From: Octopus sinensis
Taxonomy: Eukaryota
Length of the DNA: 46,635 bases
Assembly: GCF_006345805.1 (NCBI RefSeq)
Contig: NW_021834801.1
Span: forward strand, 1 to 46,635
Reading direction: 5' to 3'
The notes below the pieces were generated by a model. The model did no database searches, had not been told where the DNA came from, and saw only the letters and a list, made by a program, of their open reading frames with translations. Below are positions 26,223 to 37,699 of the stretch, piece by piece (the first letter of the stretch is position 1; each line of letters opens with the position of its first letter). The position numbers were made by a program, and so were the translations under genes.

Positions 26223-27028
26223 GGATCTTTTCCTTTTGAACGGCAGATGTCAATACAATTTCTAGTTAACTAAACACTGTTAAACTTCGTATACTGGTAG
26301 AATGTGTTTATAAAACATCATTTTTTCTTGGCTTTATTGAGAAAATTCTATAGTTTGTAAGATATTTCGTCTGAAATTTCGAGCATTTCGGCAATTTTAA
26401 CCAATCGCTCACCTCCATTTGGGGTGAAAAGATTCCGTGCTGTATGAATATGTCCCTTGTTTAAGAAACAGATTGGGTTTATTTACATTTGCGAAGAAAA
26501 AAAGATACCCTTCCCCAACCCCTAACCATAACCCTAATCCTAAAATAGATTGAAATGCAATAGATCGATACAAGGGCCATAATTATGGGTGACATTTTCG
26601 TTTGACACCGCTAGAAAAAATCCCATTTTCCGTAGCGGTGTCGTATGAAATTGTTACCCATAATTATGACCCTAGTATCGATCTATTGCATTTCAATCTA
26701 TTTTAGGATTAGGGTTAGGGTTAGGGTTATGGGTGGGGGAAGGGTATTTTTTTTCTTCGCAAATGTAAATAAACCCAATCTATTTCTTAAACAAGGGACA
26801 TATTCATACAGCACGGAATCTTTTCACCCCAAATGGAGGTGAGCGATTGGTTAAAATTGCCGAAATGCTCGAAATTTCAGACGAAATATCTTACAAACTA
26901 CAGAATTTTCTCAATAAAGCCAAGAAAAAATGATGTTTTATAAACAAATTCTACCAGTATACGAAGTTTAAAAGTGTTTAGTTAACTAAAAATTGTGTTG
27001 ACATCTGCCGTTCAAAAGGAAAAGATCC
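26223..27028. mobile_element. Merlin-like foldback element (806 bp, two inverted arms of about 390 bp), copy 3
   Basis: Perfect 8-bp TSD CTGAAGAC (26215-26222 / 27029-27036) and GG termini. The arms are near-perfect reverse complements around a spacer of about 20 nt near 26613-26631. TAACCC/TTAGGG repeats in both arms. Confidence 0.93.
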
Positions 27029-27226
27029 CTGAAGACGAATAAACAAATAGCGAATGACTAGCAGCGGAATGGCGAAACGAAGTTGGCAGGTGCAAGTATT
27101 TGAGCTTTTTCGAGGTGCGGGAAATGTGTTCGAACAATCTCCGGAAGATGATTTAATTGTGTATATATAAATCCAGGTGCTTCGTGGATGCTCTTGGGCG
27201 AAAGCGCAAAGACAGTGAGAGAGAGA

Positions 27227-27267
<41 letters not shown>

Positions 27268-27399
27268 AAAGAAGATAAAAAAGAAATGGGAGAGAAGGGG
27301 AAAGAAAGAGAGAGAGCGAATTTAGTGACTCTAACGCCCTTGTCAACTCGTATTTGTCCTTAATGGCGTAAGGAAATGTAAAAACTGAAAAAGCATGGA

Positions 27400-27526
27400 C
27401 GACGAAGCCATTTTGCCGTTCATCCCTTCGGAGTCGATAAATTAAGTACCAGTCGAGTACTGAGGTCGATGTAATTGACTATCCTCCTCCCCACATATTC
27501 CAGGCATTTTGCCTAAAGTAGAAAGG

Positions 27527-27572
<46 letters not shown>

Positions 27573-27795
27573 TGAGTGAGAGAGCAGTGCATAACATCAA
27601 AGTGACACTGGGGTACAAATATACGAAGCCCAGTATACCCATCATGACTACCTATCTGATAAGGGTACACCAGGCACATTGCATCACCACCATATGTGCG
27701 CGACATGGTGATCTCATAACAAGATAAACAGCGCATGAGCTTGAAGGTGGGGCCCAGTTAGAATTTCCTTCTGGTTGGGTAACCCATCCCACTCA
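27400..27795. mobile_element. Family A SINE fragment (+) fused via (TTA)n to a family E retroposon (-)
   Basis: Inverted counterpart of 22245-22625. Confidence 0.8.
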
Positions 27796-28142
27796 TTCTT
27801 TTTCTTCTTCTTCTTCTTCTTCTTCTTCTTCTTCTTCTTCTTCTTCTTCTTCTCCTCCTCCTCCTCATCATCATCATCATCATCATCATCATTATTATTA
27901 TTATTATAAAGGCGCTAAATTCCATATACGTCTAGAAGATTTAATTTAACGTCATGAATAATGAAGCTACCAAGAAGTGTAACAAAAACACTAACAGTTA
28001 TTCCCAGCTTATTACCAATTCAAATATTCTTGGTACATATTCGAACCCGTAAGAAAACCATTGTGTCTTGTCATGGAGAAAATTTCTTGCTGAAGGCAAA
28101 ATAGTGTAAATACAAGTAAAATCAAATCACAGTGCCACCTAC

Positions 28143-28205
28143 CCGGACTGTGAAATGCTGCAAGCATTTCGGAGTTGTTATCTTCTCTTCAGTCTCAGAA
28201 ACCGG
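28143..28205 (-). ncRNA. Candidate type I hammerhead ribozyme (slightly degenerate)
   Basis: Minus-strand RNA CCGGUUUCUGAGA-CUGAAGA-GAAG(AUAACAA)CUCC-GAAA-UGCU(UGC)AGCA-UU-UCACAGUCCGG. The core is complete and all three stems can form. Confidence 0.55.
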
Positions 28206-28499
28206 AAGGGCGTCCTACTAACATTTCTAGTTCCAGATATAATAAAGACAATAGTGAAATATGATACGTGGTTGCTGTGCGTGCTAGAAATATCAGCGAA
28301 ATGCCCATCAATTTCAAGCCTATCTTCTTAAAAATAGGAAAACTTAGATGATACAGTTCTCGGTACATTAAGCCAAGAAAACGACAGAATGGCCATAGGT
28401 GGCATATTTTTGATTATGCCTACTTGACCAGGGTAAAACTGGGGCTAAACAACTACAAATGAAATGAAGGAACTGGAAAAATATTGGCTTAAAATTGAT

Positions 28500-28960
28500 C
28501 ACAAATTTTGGCATAAGGCTGTAAGTGGTTTACTGGTAATTAGTTTATTGACACCGAAAGGTTGAAAGTCAAAGTCGACCACGGCGGCATTTGAGCTCAG
28601 AACATAATCTTTTCTACTATAGAGGCACAAGGCCTGAAATTTTGGATGAGGGGACCAGTTGATTAGATCGACCACAGTACTTGACTGGTACTTAATTTAT
28701 CGACCCCGAAAGGATGAAAGGCAAAGTCAACTTCGGTGACATTTGAACTCAAAACATAATGATAGACGAAATGCCACTAACCATTTTGCCTGAACGCAAA
28801 CGACTCTTCCGACTCGTCATCTAAATTGACTTAAAACTGATTTCAGATTTTGGCAGAAGGCCAACAATTTCTGAGGAGCGGTTAAGTCTATTACATCGAC
28901 CCTAATATTCAACTGTTACATATTTTACGGACCACTAAAGGATGAAAGGATGGAATAACT
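28500..28960 (-). mobile_element. Cluster of family A SINE fragments
   Basis: Three partial cores. Confidence 0.75.
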
Positions 28961-29264
28961 ATCAGGTTATAATAAAAATGTAAGCAGTGGGGGGGTCTAT
29001 TCGTTCGACTAAAGTTATTTATGGTCGTGCCCCAGGACGGCCGCAGTCTAAATGACCGAAATAAGGTAAAAGAGAAAAGGGAAGAGGTAAAATAAAGAAT
29101 AAGGACACAAACAACGACGCCCCGGTACATTACGGATGGGTCCATAATATAGAAACTTCAAACCAGAAACATTGAATGTCTATAAAAATTCTAAAGTAAT
29201 AGACTTTTATTGTTTTTAAAACATACTATAAATTGGTAATTAAGTCAGTTGTAATTAAACTCAG

Positions 29265-29883
29265 GGATCTTTTCCTTTTGAACGGCAGACAATTTCTAGT
29301 TAACTAAACACCTTAAAACTTCGTATACTGGTAGAATGTGTCAAAATAAAACATTTTTTTTCTCTTGGCTTTCTTGAGAAAATTGTAATTTGTTTGTTTA
29401 ACGTAGTTTAATTTTTCGAATTTTAACCAATCCTATGCTCTCTTTTTAGCTAAAATCATTTGCTGCGTCTAAAACTGAGACAACATCCTGTAACTAACCC
29501 TAAACCTCCCCCTAACCATAACCTTAACCCTAAATTTAATTGTTACGAGTGTAAAAAAAACTAAAGCAATGGAATTAAATTAATCTAACAATTAAGAAAA
29601 AAAAATTAGGGTTAGGGTTAGGGTTAGGGGGGAGGTTTAGGGTTAGTTACAGGATGTTGTCTCAGTTTTAGACGCAGCAAATGATTTTAGTTGAATGGAG
29701 GTAATCGATTGGTTAAAATTGCCGAAATGCTCGGATTTTCAGACGAAATATCTTACAGAATTTTCTCAATAAAACCAAGAGAAAATGATGTTTTATAAAC
29801 ACATTCTACCAGTATACGAAGTTAAAAAGTGTTTAGTTAACTAGAAATTATGTTAAAAACTGCCGTTCAAAAGGAAAAGATCC
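29265..29883. mobile_element. Merlin-like foldback element (619 bp), copy 4
   Basis: Perfect 8-bp TSD AAACTCAG (29257-29264 / 29884-29891), same TIR as copy 3. The inner inverted arms carry (TAACCC)n / (TTAGGG)n and differ in sequence from those of copy 3. Confidence 0.92.
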
Positions 29884-30840
29884 AAACTCAGTAATCAAAA
29901 GGTCCCTTAATGGCTCATAAGGGATGAAAGGCAAAGTCGACCTCGGCAGTGTTTGAACTCAGAATGTAAAAACGGACGAAATGCTGGTAAGGATTTACCG
30001 GTGTGCTGACGATTCTGCCAGCTCGCTGCTTAAATCCACTTAAAATTACCTCCAGAAACAGAAGAGAAACAAATAACGGATAATCAAACCAACTGGAAAT
30101 ATGAAAAAAAAATCAAAAAAATCAAATAAAACTCGAGAGTCATTGCCGAGATTAATTAAACGAAATTAACAGCCGTTTTATGGTATATTTAAGAGACATA
30201 AAACAACTCACCTTAGAATTTTTGTAGACACTGGAAGATTGCACACGTATGGTATAAATAATAGTTTATGAGCCATTAAGGGACCTTTTGATTACCGAGT
30301 TTAATTACAACTTACTTAATTACCAATTATAGCATCTTTTAAAAGCAATAAAAGTCTATTACTTTAGAATTTTTATAGACATTCAATGATTCTGGTTTGA
30401 AGTTTCTATATTATGGACCCGTCCGTAATGTACCGGGGAGTCGTTGTTTGTGTCCTTATTCTTTATTTTACCTCTTCCCTTTTCTCTTTTATCTTATTTC
30501 GGTCATTTAGACTGCGGTCATCCTGGGGCACCACCTCGAATAACTTTAGTCGAACGAATAGACCCTCACCCCACCAGGGCTTATTTTTTTAATTATAAGC
30601 CTGATATTTATTCCATTGATTCTCACTTTCCGAACTTCTAAGTAACGAGGACGGATATACACCAACACCGGTTGCCAAGCGGTGATAGGGACAAATACAC
30701 ACACACACGCACATATATACATGCACATATATATAAATATATATATATATATATTATATATATATATATATATATTTAGGAATAAAAATTCCGGATCACA
30801 GGGGTTCAAATTATTCTCAATGAGGAAATATATATTTTTT

Positions 30841-31571
30841 TTATTTAGAGATAGTAGTCCCCCTTCATCTCACCATATAAAAGAATTTTAATTTAATTTA
30901 ATGCTTACTACTCATTTCTCAGCTACACGTGTTTCTTGAGGTTCTTTTTTACGATATTTTTTACGACATTTCTTTTACGTTACCCTTAAGTTATTTATAC
31001 TTTGTAAATTTTTAATTTTTATCATTCGTATCATTTGTAAATTTTCTTTTTGCATTTTGTCCATCGTACTATAGTTTTTATTTGAAAATATTTATTTTTC
31101 ATTGCTTTCAGTTTTATTCGAATATATTTATTTGTCATTGCTTTCATCACAAGTATATATTTTATATTTATCCCTATTAATTTTATATGAAAGTTTACAG
31201 GCATAAGTTACGTGAGAATTTAGTTTTTGTAAATTTTATTTTTTATTCGTATTTTTTATTTTTATTTGTTATTTTTTATTTGAATTAAATTAGGGCTTGC
31301 ACAGTAAGGTCCGGCGAACCTATTTACACATACACATACTTATATGTTAAAATTTAAAATATAGTATTTGGTATCGAACTATGATAAAGTTATTTAGAGG
31401 CCTGATGATTAGGGTTACATTTTAAGAAAGGTTCCTGTAAAACACTGCGTGGTTAAGGAACTGTAAAAGAACCTCAAGAAACACGTGTAGCTGAGAAATG
31501 AGTAGTAAGTATCAAATTAAATTAAAATTCTTTTATATGGTGTGATAATGGGGACTACTATCTCTAAATAA
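30841..31571. mobile_element. MITE-like element with TIRs of about 110 bp, superfamily unresolved
   Basis: 30841-30952 is the reverse complement of 31463-31571 with few mismatches. The interior is AT-rich and non-coding. It sits inside the (TA)n of a family B SINE. Confidence 0.8.
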
Positions 31572-31868
31572 TATATATATATATACATACACACACACAC
31601 ACACACCACACACGACAGTTTCCGTCTACGAAATCCACTCACAAGTCTTTGATCGGCTTGCAGTTATAGTGTTGTAGTAGAAGAACCATGTGGTTGGGAA
31701 TCAGACTTCTTACTACACAGCCACTTCACCAAAATAGATCTATGGGAGCATAAAATAACAGGACCATAATCACTTATCGGTTCGAGTTGATGAGGTACCT
31801 AGAGGCATCGACACAATGGGAAAACAATCACTTTTTTAGGCTAGAGCCCAGTTGGGGTTACTCTAAAT

Positions 31869-31967
31869 CACTGGTCCTTAACCAGGATCCATATGGGTCT
31901 GAGGGTCTGCATGACTGAAATGGGAATGAAAGGAGTCCATAGGTTAAAAAATAGTTGAGAATCACTG
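31869..31967. mobile_element. Small hAT (Charlie-like) MITE relic
   Basis: Ends CACTGGTCCTTAACC ... AGTTGAGAATCACTG. 8-bp flanks CTCTAAAT / CTCTGAAG resemble the Charlie NTCTAGAN target. Confidence 0.55.
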
Positions 31968-32094
31968 CTCTGAAGAGAATAACTAATCCCTAAATTCCAC
32001 AGGGATGCAGGAATGGTTCATGTACCACGATGTAACAAAGGGCTTCACAAATAAAGAAAATAAAGACCGCTGCTGTTGAGTACTTGCATACTTT

Positions 32095-32680
32095 ATTTTC
32101 TACTCTAGGCACAAGGCGCGACGTTTTGGGGCTGGGGCCAGTCGATTAGATCGACCTCAGTGCGCAACTGGTACTTAATTATCGACCCCGAAAGGATGAA
32201 AGGCAAAGTCGACCTCGGCGGAATTTGAACTCACAACGTAACGGCAGATGACATACCTATTTCTATTTCTTTACTACCCACAAGGAGCTAAACACAGAGA
32301 GGACAAACAGGGACAGACAAACGGATTAAGTCGATTATATCGCTCCCAGTGCGTAACTGGTACTTAATTTATCGATCCCGAAAGGATGAAGGGCAAAGTC
32401 GACATCGGCGGAATTTGAACTCAGAACGTAAGGGCAGACGAAATACCTATTTCTTTACTACCCACAAGGGACTAAACACAGAGGGGACAAACAAGGACGG
32501 ACAAACGGATTAAGTCGATAACATCAACCCCAATGCGTAACTGGTACTTATTTAATCGATCCCGAAAGGATGAAAAGCAAAGTCGACCTCGGCGGAATTT
32601 GAACACAGAACGCAACGGCAGACGAAATACCGCTAAGTATTTCGCCCGGCGTGCTAACATTTCTGCCAGCTCGCCGACTT
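32095..32680 (-). mobile_element. Family A SINE head-to-tail trimer with a single head
   Basis: Three bodies joined at GACGAAATACC|TATTTC junctions (about 32250 and 32441). One head at about 32630-32680. Confidence 0.92.
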
Positions 32681-34451
32681 TACTTGTATATTTTCTGACA
32701 ACATGATAGTTATTAATGGAACGATTCCATAGAGACATCTTCCAAGTACAAGACTAACAGGTCTGATAAAGAAAGTATAAGTCACGCACATGTAACCATT
32801 TCTTCCAATACCAGTTAAATACAAAAGATTTACGGACAATTGTTTCGAAATAAACACGTTGTATTTATGTTTATATCTATAATCATTGTCGTATTGAACT
32901 CTATCCAAACAGTAACCTTGAAACGCAGGGTTTGTTAAGAAAAGAAAGTGGCTAGCTGACATGTGCTTTGCAAATACATATTTTTTTATATATTACTGTA
33001 TACAGAATAGTAAAAATATGTAAGACATCTCCAAGTTCAACATCTAATTCTTCATTGTCATGGTTATCCAAATTCTAGTGATGCAATTTCGTTTCTATTT
33101 AAAAAAAAAATAAAAACGATTCTTTTACGGTTGAAAAATTCATGTAATTGAAGAAGAGAGAAGGGGGCATTCAATATACAAACATACATTCACATACACA
33201 TACACCACACTCATAGATATATAGAAACATATACATATATATACACATAAATAAGAGCGCATGCACACACAGGCACATATGGCACAAATACCTGTATTTT
33301 TATTATATATATGTATACACAAACACACATATACATGTATATATATATATGTTTTGTGTTTGTGTGTGTGTATGTGTGTATGTATGTGTGTATGTGTGTG
33401 TGTATGTGTGTGGGGGGTGTATTCGCTATATTCTTCAGCAGTAGCCTCATTGGTTATTCTAAGAGTAAACCAATACCTCAATCATGAGTTTAGTGTTTAC
33501 TGCTAGGAATGCTCACATGCTTACACAATGCACGCAAACACACACACACACACACACTAATTCGTCTATAGATATTTGTGTGTAAATATCTATACACGAA
33601 TCTATACATATCAATATGTTAGTGAAAGCAATATCTATACATATAGTTATATATATATATATATATATATACATATATGTGTGTGAATGTGCGTCTGAAT
33701 GTATATATGCATGTATACACACATACACTCGCACGCGCACGGATACACACACACACATATATATATATATATGTATGTATGTATGGATAGATATATATGT
33801 ACATCAAGTGCATTTAATAATATCGCCATTCACTCAATAAGAACATTGAAGAATTCCAAAACATAGCAGTCGTAAGAACCATCACAAAACACAACGGATG
33901 AGAATTGGTTAGCACGTACAATGAACGCAAAGAAAAGCGAAAGTGAAAGTAGAGAAAATAAAAGAACCAAAGTAAGAAAGAGAAGATAAAGAAACGAAAG
34001 ATAGAAGAACGAAAGAATTGGAAGAAAAATTCAAGAAAGGAATAAAATAAAGAAGAAATTATGGAAAAGTAATGAAAATAATAATGAATGCTATGGCAAT
34101 GGCGTAGAATCTTAAGAATGATTATTTCGAATTTGTTGCCGTATTGTTGAGAGTTCTAATGGCATTGTGTAGCGAGGTATAGTGGTTTGATATAGTGTTA
34201 GTTAAAGAGGGGAGAAAACAACGAAATGAGGTGGTGTATATTCTTAACGCATATACACATGTGTGTGTGTGTGTTTGGATATATGTGTGTGTATACACAC
34301 ACAGACACACAAGTATATATATATATGTGTGTATATATATGTATGTATATATGTGTGCATATATATATCTATATATATATATATATGTATTATGTATGTA
34401 TGTATGTATGTATTATGTATGTATGCATGTATATATGTGGATATATGTGTG

Positions 34452-34488
<37 letters not shown>

Positions 34489-34576
34489 TGAGTGTAAACA
34501 TCGATACATATACAAAAGATTATGATTATATACGTAGTGTCTGTATCTGACTGCGTGTACGTATACACACAAATAC

Positions 34577-34607
<31 letters not shown>

Positions 34608-34700
34608 CATACATAACATACATACATACATGCATACATACATACATATATATACGTATATATATATATATCTGTGTATATATATATATATGTGTGTGTG

Positions 34701-34763
<63 letters not shown>

Positions 34764-35953
34764 TGTGTGTGTGTAAGTATGTATATTCATAATAGTGTGT
34801 TGCAGAAAGCTAAACAAACATGGTAGAGATATTTACCGAGTAGTGCCTAGATAAATGACAACTTAAATACAACCCCTTCATCCAGGCAGGCGTTTCCGGT
34901 GTTGAAAGTAGACTATCAGAGCGATCCTCGTTGAGCAGTTGTGGAATTCAGAACGCTAATGTACACAAGTATGTTTACAAGGACTACAAAATATAAATAA
35001 AGATTACAAAATAAGCAAAAGAGTTATGCAATCGCCTTATCTTGACAGCTGTTTCGGGTGAAGGATGACTTATGTCAAACCTTCATTATAAATAAGGTCG
35101 TAGGTGTATGAAATAACGCCAGCTCATGGGTCCGTGAGGTAAATTCATGTCACCTATACTTACATTCATGATGCATATTATATACATATATAAACATTAT
35201 ACTCATACACACACATACGCATACGTACATACAGTTAAAGAACGTAATCATTTAAGAACTTTGATATTACAATTTTTAAGCAGAAGAATAATATACTCTT
35301 TACTCTCTCTTTTACTCTTTTACTTGATTCAGTCATTTGACTGCGGCCATGCTGGAGCACCAGCATCGGTTGTCAAGCAATGCTAGAGGGACAAACACAG
35401 ACACACAGACATATATATATACATATATACGACAGGCTTCTTTCAGTTTCCATCTACCAAATCCACTCACAAGGCTTTGGTCGGCCCGAGGCTATAGCAG
35501 AAGACACTTGCCCAAGATGCCACGTAGTGGGACTGAACCCGGAACCATGTGGTTGGTAAACAAGCTACTTACCACACAGCCATATGATGCAAAATTTTTC
35601 GTAAGTCTGACATATTTATCTCCAGCGTGATGGTCATTACAAGAAGGAAACATCACATTTTCTGTTACGGACAGAATAAATAATATCCTCTTTCACTGAA
35701 TGTAGTAAATATTAAGAAGAAAAGAAAATAGAAGCCATACAAATTGGAAATAAATGCGGATTAGTTTTTACCTTAGTATATATGTTTATGCAATATAACG
35801 TATGATTCTCAGCTAGGATGGTGTATCGAAGCAGCGATCGTCTTTCTATACCATCAATATATAATTATATTACGCTAATGGACCGACATATACATATGTA
35901 CATTTGTATATATGCGTGTGTTTGTTTGTGTGTGTGTACGTATGTGTGTATAT

Positions 35954-35995
<42 letters not shown>

Positions 35996-36031
35996 ACACA
36001 CACATATATGTATACCTTACATACTACATAC

Positions 36032-36069
<38 letters not shown>

Positions 36070-36192
36070 ATGCGTACATATATGAGTATATGTATATGTG
36101 TACGAACGTACATTTGTGTGTATGTATATATGCTTGTATATATTTACCCACACACACACATACATATATATATACCGTACATACTACATACG

Positions 36193-36249
<57 letters not shown>

Positions 36250-37147
36250 CATGCGTACATATATGAGTATGTGTATATATCTACGAACATACGTATGTGT
36301 GTATGTATATATGCTTGTATTTATTTCATGCATGTAGGTAGGTAGGTAGGTAGGTAGGTAGGTAGATAGGTAGGTAGGTAGGTAGGTTTCCCGGAAACTG
36401 TTATAATCAGAATGCCCTTGACCTACTGTACAAAACGAAAGCAAATGGCTATTCACAATACTTTTATGATGAATACTGTACAATATGATTCTCTCTCCTT
36501 TTTACATTTATGGAATAGCAAATTTCGGATGTTTACCGATATCAAATCATTTTTTTAACGGAAAATTCATTTGAAAACCACGGACAATGAATATACAATA
36601 GAATTTTTATTAAACATTCCGATCATTATCTCTTCGAATATGTGATACACGTGAATATGATGAAATGAAAGAACAGCAATCACATTTAAATCGTGGCAGA
36701 AGTTGGTGGTGGTGTGTCGACGTTGGCGACGATGTGTAGGAGTTGGTGTGACGGTGATGACGGTGGTGATGGTGGCGGTGGTATGTAGACGTCGGCGATG
36801 CCGTCGACATGGTTATCGCAAAGAAATACTATCAATAAAGAAAGAATGAGTTCTTTGGGGATGGTAAATTGGTATTGGAAGAAATGATTGAGATATTGTA
36901 CATGAATGCACATGAATTTGCTTCATCCAAAACAAAAAAAAAACCTGGAGCGGAAGTGCGGATTGGCATCAGAATTTAGAGGCAAATGGCAAAATTATTT
37001 ATGTGATGTAATGGTGGAGTATTTCATTGCTAATCCAAGCAGGACTGTCTGTTATGTTGCTTTGGTTCTGTACTGGAGGAGGTCAAGGTACTTCTTACGA
37101 ATGCATAGTATTAGGCAAGACTACTACTACTACTACTACTGCTGCTG

Positions 37148-37214
<67 letters not shown>

Positions 37215-37242
37215 CACTACTACTACTACTACTACTAGTTCC

Positions 37243-37275
<33 letters not shown>

Positions 37276-37699
37276 TTACACACACAACTATGCATAAAAC
37301 GAACACTAATATATATGTACATACACACACGTATATATATGTATATATATATATTATACCCGCAGACATATTACATACAGATACACACACACACACACAC
37401 ACACTCATATATATGTATGTATGTATATATGTATATATGTATGTATGTGTGTATGTACGTACGTACGTATGCATGTATGTATGTATGTACGTACGTACGT
37501 ACATATGTATGTATGTATGTACGTACGTACGTATGTATGCATGTATGTATGAGTAATCTCTGTGTGTTTATGTATGTATCTACGATGAGAGTGAAAAGTA
37601 TAGGAAAGAAAACAGATGGTACTCGTATATGCTCTCTATGACAAACTAACAGATACAGTTATTACTATTATTCGATTAAAAACGCGACAAGCTACAGCA

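Noticed and set aside
29606-29650. (TTAGGG)n as a telomere or chromosome-fusion site
   Set aside because: The runs are only a few units long and are an internal part of the MITE arms in every copy.
30212-30230. 19-nt minus-strand micro-exon (CTTCCAG| ... |GTGAGT)
   Set aside because: The pyrimidine tract is weak, and the segment is an imperfect repeat of 30363-30381 inside a rearranged repeat.
34886-34968. Plus-strand exon-like segment (CCAG| ... |GTATGT, AGVSGVESRLSERSSLSSCGIQNANVH)
   Set aside because: An 83-nt open frame with plausible sites is expected by chance in 46 kb, and there are no partner exons.
35041-35085. GAAAC-AGCT-GTC palindromic stem III motif on the minus strand, and other partial hammerhead matches at about 5336, 9215-9247, 31404 and 34890
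   Set aside because: In each case CUGANGA, GAAA spacing, the UH site or stem I fails.
36845-36980. Short frame NEFFGDGKLVLEEMIEILYMNAHEFASSKTKKKPGAEVRIGIRI
   Set aside because: It is bounded by stops, with no start, splice signal or recognised motif. It may be an unidentifiable TE relic.
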